Origin: Felis catus | Lineage: Eukaryota | Length of the DNA: 64,000 nt | Direction of reading: 5' to 3' | NCBI RefSeq assembly: GCF_018350175.1 | Contig: NC_058368.1 | Coordinates: forward strand, 198,154,001-198,218,000 | Shown here: positions 13,926 to 28,085 of the stretch, piece by piece | How the letters are laid out: every line of letters begins with the position of its first letter | Position numbering within the stretch: the stretch's first letter is position 1 | Translations under genes and position numbers: made by a program | The notes under the pieces: generated by a model | The model's database searches: none | What the model saw: the letters and a program-made list of their open reading frames with translations, nothing else | Told to the model about the DNA's origin: nothing

Positions 13926-14224
13926 ATGTATGTGTTTTTAAACTTGGATCCGTATTTCTTTTCAAGTCCTTGACATCCTCAAGCTTTTTCACTAATAGAA
14001 ATCACCTTCTTTTCCTTTAGAGACAAGCAAATGGAAGGAAACTCTTTGCATCTTCTTATTTCTCTTTGGATAGATAACTCAGTAAATTTGGAAACATTAA
14101 TTATGTGCCCGACATGTTCTTGGGCTGGGCAATAGGAATGACAAAGATACAATATTTGTTCCTTATTTTCAGGGATCTTATAGTCTAGTGGGGAAGCCTA
14201 GATTCACATGTGAAACAATTAGAG

Positions 14225-14226
<2 letters not shown>

Positions 14227-14271
<45 letters not shown>

Positions 14272-14350
14272 CACATATATGTATATACACATACACATAT
14301 ATGTATATATATATACACATACACATACATACATATATGTACACATATGC
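14227..14350. repeat. (TA)n followed by degenerate (TACA)n microsatellite
   Basis: Directly visible. Confidence 0.9.
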
Positions 14351-16152
14351 ATAAATTAAATATAATGCATACATTAAAAAATTAAGAAATGAAATGATCA
14401 TTTGGAAAAATAAAAGAAAGCTCTATGGAAATCATGGACCTTGCACTCAGTACCAAATATTGAATAGATTGGGTTAGGTGGAAGGCGGGGAGAAGAAATA
14501 CCAATTTGGATCAATCCCACTCTGTTCTGTTCTCTGTAACTCTGTTACAATCTACTTTCCTTTTGGATACCTCATTCTGAAAATTCTTCATGAATACTGA
14601 TATGTTTCACTGAATTTGAAAATTCACTCTCAAGCTTCACCCACTCTCCCATAGGAGCCCTCTATAGCACCTAGTTTGGGAATCTAACCCCCCCACCCCT
14701 CCCCCACCATCATTTTCTACTATTCCCCTCTGAAATAGGACCTGTGTCGGGAAGACAAAGGCTGATAAGGAAGCTGAGGTCACATATCAGCTTTTCTTTT
14801 CTGTGGGAGTTTTCAAATCCCCAAGTAAAGCAAAGTTTTCCCTGTGGAACCCAAACAGTTTCAGTTTCCAGTTTAAAGTCAAGAAGGCTCCTATTATGCA
14901 ATTTGTTCCCACTATTTTTCTCACTTCACATTGGAATGTTGATCTTAAGCAACTGTCTCTTCTACAAAAATACACAGAGCATCTTTTAACACAATATCCC
15001 TTTTTATTTCATTTGGCTGGGTAAAGGCTGCTTTGTAAAAGGGAATTTAGAACTTGTCAACTGAATCTTGGTTCATCCCACTTGAGCTTAAAGAGACTAG
15101 ATTACTGTTTCCCTTTCATTTCCTAGAAGTGAGACCCAAATTAAGTCTTATTTCATAGAACTTGTTGGATATATATATTGCTCCCAAAGAGAGCACTTGA
15201 AAGTAACATAAAGTTCTTTTCTTAAAACCTGATGGCGCCCTCAAGTGGCACATCCCATTTCAGGATCCTAAATCTCACCATCGTCCTTTCAGAAGCTTTC
15301 TTTCTTAGAAATTGGAGTTTTCTAAGGTTGATCTAATGATCAAAGCTATCAGGTAGGTTTATTATCTTTTAAGATGACTATCCAAATTCTCCCTTCTTAG
15401 CCATTGATCCCTGGAGCACGGGAGATATTTCTTGCTACCTGCCGCCATGAGAACAAAACTTAGATGCATACACTGATGTTACAGTGCATGGTTGATGGTT
15501 TCTCCGAACATTCGCATGAGAAGGGTGAGTTTGCTTTTATAACCAGAGATTCATGGTGAGTTGGTGTTTGAGTAACATCTTTTACCTTGAAAAGAATAAG
15601 TAAGTACTTTCAAACGAAGCGTAGTGTGGACCTCTCCCTCCTACACATACAGTCTCAAGAACCACAGTGATTTGTACTTTACAAGGTAGTAAATACTGCT
15701 TCCTTCTCTGGTTTCCTCTGAAGTGTCAGTGGTCAAGTTACTGGTGGGGTGAAAGAACCACTTGGGGCATTATTCTTCAAGACTGACTTTGAACATAAAA
15801 TCTTTGAAACATTCTCAGTAGATGGATTCAGAGTTTCCCGCAGGTTGGCCAACCATTCACCAGACCTCTTCACAGCCCCTGGCACAGTAGAAATGAGGCG
15901 GCTGATATGAGAGACAGGAAGCCAAGGGCTGTGGCTGGACAATTCAATCTCTGTTGTGTGGGTGTCCTATTAGTCACTTGAACCAAAGAATCAGCCCTCT
16001 AGAGGCTGAGAAGCACTGCACCTCCCCTCATTCTACCAGGCTGAGTAATTTGATCAAAAGTCAACAGAAGCCTAGCTTGGCACATGTGGACATGGTCTGG
16101 GGCCAGAGACAGCGAATAGCTTCACCCAACATGAGTCAGAAAAGAAGGTAGA

Positions 16153-16389
16153 GGGGTGCCTGGGTGGCTTAGTCTGTTGAGTGTCCAACTTTGGCTCAGG
16201 TCATGATCTCACGGTCTGTGGGTTCGAGCCTCGCGTCGGGGTCTGTGCTGATGGCTTGGAGCCTGGAGCCTGCTTCCGATTCTGTGTCTCCCTCTCTCTC
16301 TGCCCCTTCTCTGCTCCTGCTCTGTCTTTCTCTGTCTCAAAAATAAGTAAAAAACATGAAGAAAAAAATTATAAAATAAAAAAAAAGAA
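16153..16389 (+). mobile_element. CAN-SINE
   Basis: ggggtgcctgggtggcttagtc head and A tail. Degenerate TSD agaaaagaaggtaga / agaaaagaacataga. Confidence 0.93.
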
Positions 16390-17142
16390 AGAAAAGAACA
16401 TAGAATGAGTCTCAGGCTTACACTTTACCAATAATTTGGGTATTTTATACAGACTTCACAGAAGCATCAAAGCGATTATCTAAGAGCTTAAACACTACAG
16501 AAGTAAGAAAGAAAAGCTCCAATAATGTGTTTTCATTGTTGTGCAAATGAAACATCAATTTAATAGGGTGTCAGAGATCTAGGCACAAGTAAGGAGGCTT
16601 GTTGGTTTCACAGACATCAGAAGGAAGTGGTTGTAGTTGCTAAGCTCATTAATATGCCCAGGAGAGCAATGAAGACACTACTGTGCTGGTTTTGGGAGTA
16701 CAAGTCCCCACACTGCCTTGGTGCGTTTCGTTGGCACAAAAGAGAACGAGTTCCCTGGTTTGCATGCTTCCTCTTCAGAAAAAGGCACTCTGTACCTTTC
16801 TCTTGCCACTCAAAGCTGTATTCATAAAGTTAACAGACTGGCGAATTGGAGGAGTTTCATCATGAGGAGAGAAGCCTCATGCTCCATGCTTTCACATAAA
16901 TTCATGTGCGTGGGGGAGGAGACAGTGCCTGTCAAGGATAGGACACCCTTTCCAGTTCTTCCACCGGAAGTTGAGCCGACAGTGGGGAAAGGATTGAGAC
17001 CTGCAGCCACTCACGGATTTCGGCTCCTGAGATTCGCAATGGCCACTGGAGGGCACCCCTGGGACTTAGGCTCAGATTGATCCTTGCCCAGAAGCCCAGA
17101 CAGGACTCCGAGCCGTACAGGTACAGCTCTAGATGTATTAAC

Positions 17143-17300
17143 GCAGTTTCTCAACATCCGCACCACTTCTGTTTTGGACCAGATAATGTGTGGCAGCATA
17201 TCTGGCCTCTAACCACTAAGTGCCAGTAGACCTTGACCAGCACTCACCCCTACCCAGCAAATGTGTCTGGGGGCAAAATCACCCTCACCTGCCGACCAGC
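17143..17300 (+). mobile_element. MER20-like hAT DNA transposon fragment
   Basis: cagtttctcaac...ttttggaccagataat...cagcatatctggcctctaaccactaagtgccagtag...ctgggggcaaaatcaccc. Confidence 0.7.
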
Positions 17301-18711
17301 TGTGGATTGAATGTTGGGTCTGGGCGTCATTCGTCCATTGTTCTTAGGCTCAAATTCACTTTCTCCAAACTCTTGCTTGGTCTGGGGTCAAGGGACAACC
17401 CTGTATTAAAAAGACACAAGAGTTGTCGTGGCCAACATCTGCCGTCATTGCGCAGTGAAACCCCAGACACAGGGCTCCCAGACTGATATGATGTCGGTGT
17501 CTCCCCACTTTCTGTCTCTGCACCTGCCTATGCCCTCTCTTCGGAGCCTCCTCCTCCAGCTCTGCCAAAAAGTGCAGACCTCTAGGAGGTGAGGCATCTT
17601 GTAAATTAATTCACACTAAGCTTTGTTTTTCCTCTGGAATACTTCATCACGTTGTCATACTGAGGAATATGTGCATTTAAATGGGGAGAATTGCCTGGAA
17701 GAGGATGTGGTTTAAATGAATCTCTAACAGCAGGCACCGTGGAGTCTATAAAACAGAGATATTAACAGCATTTATCTTATAAAGTTATAATACGGACTAA
17801 ATGAGTAAAGCACTCATAACATGTCTGGCAAAAAGTAAACACTCTCAAAATACTAATTTTTGTTGTTATTATTACTAATTTTTTTCATCGATCCAAGAGG
17901 TATGTGGGAAGAGGTAGGCTAGCTTACAGCCTGAACCAACTTCTCATTAAACCCTTCTTGTCTCCAAAATCTGACCTGCACGTCTTTTCTAGATACCTGG
18001 AATAGACCCACCCAGGGAGCAGAGCTCAATGCTAAAAATTAAATCATCTTGAAATTGCCCCCTCGGAGTCTTTTTTGAATATTCCACCCTGAGTCCAAAA
18101 ATCATTGAATAAGTCAATACCCTACAGAGAAAATGGAAACACATATTTGTGAAGCACCTATCCTGTGCAAGGTGCCATGAGGCTATTGAAAATATTAGAT
18201 TGAATCTAACTGTGTGGCTTATAAGAAAGATGTGAGCACTCAAATCACCAGGGCACAACAAGCCAGTGTCAGTGGAGGAGACTAGAAGGTGTAGGGTGTG
18301 GCATGAGGAGGAGGAAGAGGTGACCCCCACACAGCGGTTTGGTGGGGAGGGCATGTGACTGGGTGGGGGAGGAGACTTTCTGTGGGAGTCCTGGGGTGTG
18401 ACCGTGTTACCAGGAAGCCACTGCCCCTCAGTCGCAGAGTCCCATACTTGGTGCAGCGGGAGTTCTGCAGTTTTCACAGCAGTAAGATCTGAAACCTCAG
18501 ACTCACACAAAGACCAAATAAGCCTTTTCGGAACCTTCCAGTCATGCTCCCAGAATGCATGTTCCCTACGGTTTCTGAGAAATGCTCCATGGAGAGTAAA
18601 TGAACTAAATCATCAGTTTTGCTGAGCTAGAGAAATAGGAGCCTTGTGAAAGTGCACGCTGCTGCCTAATTTTCTCTGTTCCTTCCCATTCAAGCAGAGA
18701 AGTGTGTTGAA

Positions 18712-18716
<5 letters not shown>

Positions 18717-18770
<54 letters not shown>

Positions 18771-18790
18771 CAGAGACAGAGAGGGGAGAG
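18717..18790. repeat. (TG)n plus (GA)n compound microsatellite
   Basis: Directly visible. Other simple repeats: (CA)n ~4143-4174 and ~9965-10000; (CT)n ~23804-23854; (TG)n ~37032-37070 and ~60056-60098. Confidence 0.9.
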
Positions 18791-21010
18791 GGTGGAAGGG
18801 AGTAAATGAGTGAGAGAGAAATAGAGACAGAGAAATTGATTACTAGTTGCTTTAGGTGGGAAGGAAGTGAGGGCTACCGGTGAGTAGGGGGTATTAGCTG
18901 TTATTCTTGGCAAGTAGCAGCAGAGTCAATGTTACATTGTCTTTAGATTAATTGACTTTAAAATAATTTGTATCAACTGTAATTTTTGTGTACAAGTTAA
19001 CTCCAATCTGCACCCTAGAGGTGATTAATAATTTTTGAAACTCACAGTGTTATTAGTTATGCAGAACATTAAACAGAAATCCAAACCCCAGGAGTAGATT
19101 TTGGGGCATTTAAAGTATTCTTATTGCAATAAAACCTAAAACAGTGCGTTAATTAGCATAAAGGATGTCAGATAATTGTAAGTGGTAAGTTTCATGGTGT
19201 GAGATAGAGTTTAATTTGGATACTGTAGGAGACTCACTGTCCTTGAATGAATGGTGTTTAAAATTCTACAAAGTGTGGAACTTTAATAATTGATTTTCAG
19301 ACCTAAAATCCCTTTGGACCTGCTTCTGCTGGCTATCAGGAGAACTTTGTCACTGGACTTAACTACAAAAATGCACCCACTCACTTTGGAACAGGCCTTT
19401 CATGTAAGGGCGATTGTGTGGCCAGGGCAGATAAGAGGCCTCTTCTCCCATGCATAGGCTGTGTGGGACTGCATTGTGACTTTGGGTGCAATTTGTCCCT
19501 CTATTGTCCCCCCACCTGGTAGTGGGTTGTGGAGGGGGCAATGTCTACCCACCCAGCCCCCCACTTAGAACAACCAAAAAGGATCAGTTTCTGATATTTA
19601 CTGAGAAAGAACTGGACATTTGCTGAACGGTCAAATCAACTTAGACCAGTTTGCACCAGTGTAAGCAGCCCTTTGATGGCGGTTCTGGGGACAGGGAACT
19701 GCTCAAGACTTCTCGTTCAAGCCTCTTTTAGGAGAACAAACTTCATGAGGACGGGGGACACAGGGCTCCCCCACATTCTGCGAAGTGAGTCATGGAATGA
19801 GTCATGAGCAGGGGGAATCTCTCCAATCCTAAAAGCCTCAATGAACAGGCACAGAGCAGCTGTCCCCCCGGACACACTCTGTGGGTAGGTCACAGCAGCT
19901 TTTTGGAAACTGTTTCATCAGGTGACATTTTCCAAGCATCTGCCGATGCCTGCAAATGCTCTAGCGAAGTGCCTGGCACTCTGCTGTGGCTATGGGAGGC
20001 AGTATGGCATAGCACCTTAAGGGCCTTGGATCTAGAGAGACTTGGCTTTTGGTCCCAACTCTCCTATTAGTAGATGAGGAAGAGAAACAGGGAGGAGATC
20101 CACCACTCATCCAAGAGGCTCCTGAGTCACATTTCCCTCTAGATGCCTGTCTTTCTCTCTCATGATGCAAAGACAGAAGCTGTCACCCGATTCCTGAACA
20201 GGCAGGAGAGACAGTGGGATTCCGGGTAGAGGGAATGCAAGGGTATATTGTGATGGTGTCGTGTGGAATGCCACCTCTCAGTTTCAGCAACTGTTCCTGC
20301 AACCGTGGGGTCTACGAAGGACTTCTGTGGGGCTTGCGCTGACGGACTCGCCGCAAATCTGAATGTGGCTAAAGGAAGTGCCTCACACTGCCCTGAGTCT
20401 CCAGAGCCGACTCTTGGAGGAAAGAGAAGAAAACCCTCCCGGCCCCTATCTGCTTTAACTTTCTTCCACCATTTCAGGGTCTTGCTCCCAAATGCTGTGG
20501 GAGAACCATCCTGGAAGTGGCCATCACTGATTTATATTTCCGTACAGGAACCCTCAGCTCCTATCTTCAGCGTAGGTTTTCATTATGACAAGTCACAAAG
20601 ACAGCAGAAGAACAGAAAGGTCCCTTCGGAGCAAGGGCAGGGCTGGCGATTTGGGGCAAAAGGAGGTACACTTCACTGATGTCTAAATTTTTCCGGGGTC
20701 TCTGAGTTCTGCTGCAGAAGAAATTCTTGGCCCTCACGTATTCTCCCACGACATCAATAAACTGACAACTCCACGTTGAAAAAATCATTGCAATTCATTC
20801 CTTCATCAAATATTTGTTGTGTACGTGCTACGTGCCAGCCACTGTTCCAGACCCCGGGGTGTCTCACAGAGATGACGGTGATGTGCGTTAGGGTAGCCTT
20901 CGAGATGGAGAGAAGCAGGCTGAGGCAGGCCATGTAGACCAGGAGAGATGCAGAACTTGGGATGTGAGGAAAAGAGACTGATGGAGGTTGATTCCTAAGA
21001 ATGGACTTGA

Positions 21011-21233
21011 GGGGCGCCTGGGTGGCGCAGTCGGTTAAGCGTCCGACTTCAGCCAGGTCACGATCTCGCGGTCCGTGAGTTCGAGCCCCGCGTCGGGCTC
21101 TGGGCTGATGGCTCGGAGCCTGGAGCCTGTTTCCGATTCTGTGTCTCCCTCTCTCTCTGCCCCTCGCCCGTGCATGCTCTGTCTCTCTCTGTCCCAAAAA
21201 TAAATAAACGTTGAAAAAAAAATTAAAAAAAAA
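21011..21233 (+). mobile_element. Young CAN-SINE (CpG-rich subfamily)
   Basis: CpGs intact. Perfect TSD aagaatggacttga (20997-21010, 21234-21247). Confidence 0.96.
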
Positions 21234-21384
21234 AAGAATGGACTTGAGCCACTGGATACATGTGGTTTCATTTACAGAGATGAGGGAGTACCAGGCTTGG
21301 GGGCAGCAATGAGGGGCTCTATTTTCATCACATTAACTTTGAGATGTCTATTTGACCTCTGAGAGAGGAGGCAAGTAAGCTTTC

Positions 21385-21739
21385 CTTATGCCGCCCAGGC
21401 TGCTCTCACAAGATGCCATAGACTGGGCGGCTTCAATGATATGCATGTATTTTTCATGGTTCTGGAAGGTGGGAAGTCCAAGCTCAAGGCACCAGCAGAT
21501 CTGGAGCTCGCTTTCTGGTGCACAGACCACCCTCTTGTCCGTCCTCGCGTGGCAGAGAGCAGAGACGGAAGGACGAGCGCTCATGTCTCTTTCATAAGGG
21601 CATGAATCCCACCAGGAGGGCTCCATCCTCGTGACCTGGTCACCTCCCAAAGGCCCTCCTCCTCATACCATCACACTGGGGAGTAGAATTTTGATACATT
21701 ATTGCAGGGGAAGGGGCCACGAACATTCAGTCCATAACA
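21385..21739 (-). mobile_element. MaLR solo LTR (MLT1A0-like)
   Basis: ccatagactgggcggctt...gttctggaaggtgggaagtccaag...cacctcccaaaggccc...aacattcagtccataaca. Confidence 0.8.
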
Positions 21740-22589
21740 AGGCTTTTGGCAACACAAGTAAGGCTGAAACCCAGGGGGGACGTCGGAACTAGAGATATGA
21801 ATTTGGGAATCATTTCCATGTAATACTTAAAAGCAGGGAGTGGGGAAGAGTTTGCTGATGGGGAAGAAAAGAGGAGGCAGGGCTGAGCGCCGAGGCGTTG
21901 CATCAGGCAGAGATGCTTGGAGCTAAGCCAAGGAGGCCGTGCAGGTGCAGTCGTTGAAGCGGCAGCCCAACCAGGAGCCTGTGCTTTATGGAAGCCAAAA
22001 CCGGTAAATGTTTCAAGGAGGGAATAATTAACTTGAATGCTAACCGAAGGTAGGATATTCTGAGAACAGAGACGCGCCATTGGATGTGGTGACTGGGGAC
22101 CGTGATGCGGGCAGATGCCGGAGAGCAGGGATGAGGAAGCCAAGTGAGAGCTGGCCAAGAAGAGTTTCTGGTGGAGGAAGGGAGAGGAAGGGAGGCGTGC
22201 TGTGCTACGGAAACAGCATGAAATATGGAGTCAGAAGATGAATCCTAGGATAAAGACCCATCCGCTGGATGGTTTTGAGCAAACACTGTTCCACGTCTCC
22301 GTGTCAATCCGCAACGTGGGTTTGACAATAATGCCTGCTCCACGGGGCTTTTGTTTCTAGTTTTAAATATTAATAATGTTTTATACCCTTGATCTCGGAA
22401 ACTGAACATTGCTTTCCTGCCCAGGAGGGGGAAAGAAGCAACTGGCCTACTCACATTTTAAGAATCCAGACTCCGTTCCTGTCTTAGAATCTATCTCCCC
22501 AATTTGATCATGACGACTTCTCAAAATTCCATGAAAACAGACACTGCGTTAATACGCCGAGCAGCCTACTTATTCATTTCTTTATTTAT

Positions 22590-22915
22590 TCATTCATTCA
22601 ACACGTACTAATTAAAAACCCATTATGGCCCAAGCATGGTTACAGACACTGGGGTTACTGCAATGATCAAACCAAACCCCTGCCCACATGGAGTTCACAT
22701 TACAGCACAGGAAGGCAGACGATAAATAAGGACGTATATATTTACGCGACCATAAATGATATGGAGAAAAATAAAGCAGCTTAAGTGGGATGGAGGAGTT
22801 ATTTTCCAAAGGTGACCAATGAAAGGACATTTCAGCAGAGACCTGTAGGCAGGGAGGGACGAGCCATGAGGATACAGGAGCGTTGCAGGCAGAGGGAATC
22901 AGGTGTGTCAGGACC
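22590..22915 (-). mobile_element. L2 3' fragment
   Basis: (attc)n terminus followed by ctgcccacatggagttcacatt...acatttcagcagagacctg. Similar L2 relics lie at ~11760-12470 and ~59800-60350. Confidence 0.55.
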
Positions 22916-23800
22916 CCGAGGAGGGAATATACTTAGGGTGGCTGTCTACTGTGGGGTCGACTTTTCCCTGTCACTCCAGACATATCTGGCATCTTGTTGT
23001 TCCTCAGAGCTCCAGGTTTCACAAACTGCTACTCAGAGAAAGGAAATAAAGTTTAGTAAAATGATAGGTTGCTGCTGTTCGACTAGGAAGCGTTGTAATC
23101 TCTTTGAAAAGCACACAATTGCTACTCCTTCCATCTGGCCCTTTGATGTTTGCTGATTTAGGGGTACAGTATTTCCCATTTTCCAGCGATCCCTAGAGGT
23201 CCCCTCCCCTGCCTATCACAAGTTCCCTCCAACTTTGTGTTTCACAGACATCCCACACCCCTCCTTTTGCACAAAGACATTCCCAGGTGGTGGTGGTTGG
23301 GGTCTGTTTTAGGTTGTAAAACCAAGTCTATAACTTTGATGTATTAAGGATCTGGACTGTGGTGTTTGCCGAACTTCTTGGCATTTCCTTTCCTCCTTCC
23401 CACCGTGCAGTCCTCATGTAAATTCTGAGGCCAGCTACTTTTCCACAGAGGAGTAAATAAAAGAAAGGTGGGTGGGGGGGGGGTTTGGAGGTGAGCACAG
23501 GTCATATGGGCCTTGTAGGCCTTTGTAAGGATGTTGGCTTTTTCCCTGAGAGATCTCTAAAATCGTGAGCTTTTCTTGTCCCCTTACCTCTAGGTCACAG
23601 AAGCAGCACTGATAGATGTCATTGTCCCCATGCTACCCAATCGTCAGAACTTTTAAATCTCATGAATATCTAGCCTTCTACTTCCCTTACTTAGAAAAAT
23701 GCCGACACTGGGTCAATAGTATACTTGACCTTCTCTGTATCTGATGCAGAAGCTGGTACTACAGGAGAAAAGAACACAGTTGTGCAGGCTGATGAAAGAC

Positions 23801-23855
<55 letters not shown>

Positions 23856-24016
23856 ATATATAGTCACCATATAATTTATTGATCCAACTGGGACATGGTA
23901 GGGATTGAATGGTTACCATACATAATTATACCATGAAAATAGACATAAACCAGGACTGGCTTGGACACACCAGGAGTAATGTCAATGTCCTTATAAACAA
24001 GTTTAGGTAACTAAAG

Positions 24017-24621
24017 TGAGATAGGGAAGCTAACAGGATTTCATTTTAGAAAGGTTCCACTTCTCCTGTTTTCCTGCTAGGCCCTATTTACTCATGTTCT
24101 GTATCTTACTTTGCATCTGGGTAAAAACCACTCTGTTCCCAGTCAAAGGATGAAGCAAGAAAGTGACTCATTCTCTTGAGTTTCTCCTGGGCCCCCAAAC
24201 ACCTGATACATCTAAGAAGAGCACGATCCCAAACATATTCCAGGACATTAGCTTTAAACAAACCCTGGCTGGTACTGACATCAATGCTTCTACCTTTGAT
24301 GATTTATAAAATAACACCTATTGTTCACCTGTCATTCACCTTCGATCACATCTCACCTTGGATTCCTGGAGAAACACGGACCCTGGATCCCTTTCCAATA
24401 CAAACCTCTAGCCCCAAGCCATGAAGAGACTCATTCCCCTTTCCTTTCTGAGTCTTCCAGACGCCCCATCTGTTATTCTCTGTCACTCAAGCCATTCAGT
24501 ATACTCTGTTTTCACTTTTTCTGGCTCAAGTTTGATCTCTCTCCTGCACAAATCCAGGGAGCCCCTTGGCTGCTCCTGCGGGAGTCCCCTCTGGGTCCTC
24601 AGACCCTGCCTGCCTGCATCG
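24017..24621 (+). mobile_element. Probable ERV1-type solo LTR
   Basis: Starts TG, ends ...tgcatcg (decayed CA), flanked by the 4-bp direct repeat aaag (24013-24016, 24622-24625). LTR-like 3' end ctctcctgcacaaatccagggagccc. Confidence 0.55.
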
Positions 24622-26292
24622 AAAGGAAAGGGAAGAAGGATCACGCCAATAATGAGCCTTCCACGCACATACTGAACCCACCGATACTTCGCAGACACCT
24701 TTCATCCCATTTCATTGAGAAGAGTGAGGCTACCCAGCTCAATTCTCTGTACTCTGACCCATAAACTTGCCATATGCCTTAAGTTCATCCTCCCCTCCTC
24801 TTCTCTTGCTCAGGACTGATCTGCACTTGTGTCTGGACCCCATTTCCTCCTGCTTCTTCCAGGACCCACCTCTAGTATCCCTTCTCCTGAATATTCCAAC
24901 TCTCCTTCTCTATTTTCGCCCCCTAAAAGCCAGCTCTAATTCTAAAAATCCCTTTCCTGATATTGTGTTCCCCCTCATTCCTAGTTGAACTCCATTCCTA
25001 CTCTCGCTCCATTCCTACCCTTCGACCCAAACACTTGAAGCAAGAGCCACACAGGATGCCTCTTTTCTGTGTCCCACCCACGCAGGGCAGTATCATTCCT
25101 ATCTCCCGCTGAGTTATTACCGCTACACTCATCAAAATCAGCTTTCTCCAAGGGGCCCAAACCATTGGACAGTTTTCATCTTTATCTTCCCTGACTTTTT
25201 TTTAGGTTTTGATGCCTTTAGCATTGTTGAACATTTGTAATAAAGATTCTCGACTTCCTCGACCCCCATGCAGCCGGAAACCCCTGGTCTCTTGGCACCT
25301 CTCTCAGGCTGCTCTCATGTCGTGTCCTCCAGAGTCATTGTCACCAGTACATTACGATGAACTAATACCAGAAGGTACGAAACACTTGGAAGTTGCAACT
25401 TCCTGCAGGTGGCACCAGAGCCGCAGGATCACCGGCAGGTAGGCTGAGCAGGGGCTGTGGAAAAGTTGGTGCTGCTCTTTATTTTTCATGAAAATACTCA
25501 GCGCTCTGGATCTGGGGGAGCCACGTGGCCCAGGGGTCTCCTCGGCGCATGTTAATCCTTCAAGGCTCACCCAGTCGTGGGCGGAGGCAGGACTGAGTCA
25601 CATGAATAACTTGCACGCGGGGGGAGGCCAAATAGTCCTTTGGAAAGCAGAGTTCAACAACTTAAAAATCAATTTTTTGTACTAAGATAGCCAAAAATGG
25701 TTGCTCGTGGTTTCTTCTGTTTCTTTAACTAGGGTTACCAGAACACAGCTTTGTGTTAGAAATGCAAGGTCAGCAGTCTTGCCTAATGAGGTCTGGAGCC
25801 TGCTGGTATTGTGTCTGAGCCCCTGGGGCTGTTCAGTGGGGGGTGGTGGCACTTTCTGATTTTCCAGTTGCTGAGAAGTCCACAGGCCCCCTGTGGACAT
25901 ATTAAATGGCCACAAACTACCCTGGAGCTTTGGGCTGCCACATGGGGCCTGACTCTACACAAGCCTTGCGGTGGGCTCGTGGGGAGCACTTACCTCTTAG
26001 AGCTGGCCACGTAGACCCCTGCCACTCGGTGGGTGACTTTCCATCAAAGCCTGTGACCTGACAGAGCCTTGATTCTGAATGAAGCCAAGCAGGAAACGGT
26101 GTAGTTGGAAACAGTGGATTCGCCACTTGTGGGAAGGTTACAACGATTCCCACTGTGGCTACAGACAAGAGCCAGCTTTGTGTGTCCTGTGTTGCTGAAA
26201 GGTCCCCGTAAAAGTTCACTTGTTGAAGGCAACACGGAATGTCAGAGCTGACAGGGACCACAGAGACCAGCCAACCCAACCTTCTCGTTCTT

Positions 26293-26526
26293 TTTTACTT
26301 TTTTTTTTAATTTTTTTAAAATGTTTTTATTTGTTTTTGAAGGAGAGAGAGATCCAGAGCATGAGTGGGGGAGGAGCAGAGAGAGAGGGAGACACAGAAT
26401 CCGAAGCAGGCTCCAGGCTCCGAGCTGTCAGCACAGAGCCCGATGCGGGGCTCGAATCCACAAATGGTGAGATCATGACCTGAGCCGAAACCGGACGCTC
26501 AACCGACCGAGCCACCCAGGCGACCC
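26293..26526 (-). mobile_element. CAN-SINE
   Basis: Reverse-complement SINE. Degenerate TSD ccttctcgttctt / ccttcgcgtcctt. Confidence 0.93.
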
Positions 26527-28085
26527 ATCCTTCGCGTCCTTCGTGACATAGATTTCAAAATGCGGATTGTGGTTTGAGCCTCATCGTTGCCTCCGGCCAC
26601 ATGATTTCAAAATTTTTTACATCCCTTCAATGTTAAGCTATTTGTTACTGACCGCAGTGCAAGAAACGACAGCCAGGTAAAACATGGAGATTTTTGAAGC
26701 TAAATCCTTCATACCAACTGCTTCCAGGACCTCCCTCATCTCTTTATTAACCTGTGACCAACTGACTTCTGTTCTCACTCTGTACAGAAACAGCTCTCAA
26801 GGCCTTTGTGCTCCCCATCCTCTTGTGTTCGTATGCTGTCTCCATAGACTCATTCTTCAAAGTGTGGTTCGAACACCGAAAAGGTCTCCCGTTCCGCTCA
26901 CGTTCATCATCAATGGCCTTTTGTTCTAGTTAAAACCCCTTTCGTGGGGTTTTGTTCCTTGCAAGCAAACTAGTGTGGGGGAGTAATATTTTTTTAAATG
27001 AAACAAATCCCTGCATCCCTCCACACCCATCGCTTCCTTTTTTCCCTTGGTCTTTGCATGCCTTTGAACAGAATCTTTCAAGGAAAGGATAACTTACTTT
27101 GCTTAAAGGCAACAGGAATAGTTAGCAGTCCAAGCTGCTGCCTCCCATCCTGTGCCAAGCACATCATGTAGATGATCTCATTTAACCTGGAAACATCCAC
27201 ATGGAGGTAGGTCCTACACCGTGTCCATTTTTCAGGTGATAAAATAGAAGTACAAGGTCAAATAACTTGCCTTACCGAGCAGTGGAGCTGGGATTTGAAC
27301 CTCTCACCATTTACCCAGTTAGAGATTATAAAGCCTCCATGAAAAGCCACCTCCACAAATGATGGCGCTGTTACCAAACTGCAGCTCAGTTGTGTCATTT
27401 CCCCCTCCCTTCCTTTCAGTTACTGTTTAAACTTGGGCCTGGGGTTCTTTGACCTCCCGGGGATAAAAGGAGCTGAACCTAGGTTCCTGCAGAGTCAGAC
27501 TGACCCAATTCCAGTCTTCTGGTCTCCAAGCCGCCGCCTGCCAGCCACCAGCAGAGACGCCTCGGCCTCTACATTATTAGCTGTGGGTTCTCTTTTCACG
27601 TAGACTCTCCCATAAAGTGTTTATCTTCCTATATTCGAGGAAGGGCAAAAAGATATTTGCACTTTCCCACATGGAGGAATTTCCCCGTTTCTACTCAGAA
27701 CAGCTATCTTGAAATAGCCCATGCCTTGGGCTAAGCAGAACTCTCCTGTGGCCTGGGTAGAAGACTGTGTTGTGCTCCAGGCCACTGTGTTATATCAGTG
27801 TGGCACCAACTGTGTGGGTTTTGCAAGGTAAGAAGGGACCTCTTGTTTGCTCGAGGTAGTTGGTTTGGAATCACTCTGCTCCTTCCAAGCAGTGGTTCTG
27901 TTCTTGAGAAATTCAGAATCCTTGACAGAAGCCCTCGCTTTCCTCAGGCAGCTTTCTAGAACTCAGAGAAGTTAATCTCTGCAGCAAACTCTGACAAAAT
28001 CGCATTTGCCCTTTCTTTCTTCCTTCTGTTGACTTCCCAGGAGATTTAAAACATCCTGAGATGTTCTTTTAAAGACTGGTGTTTC

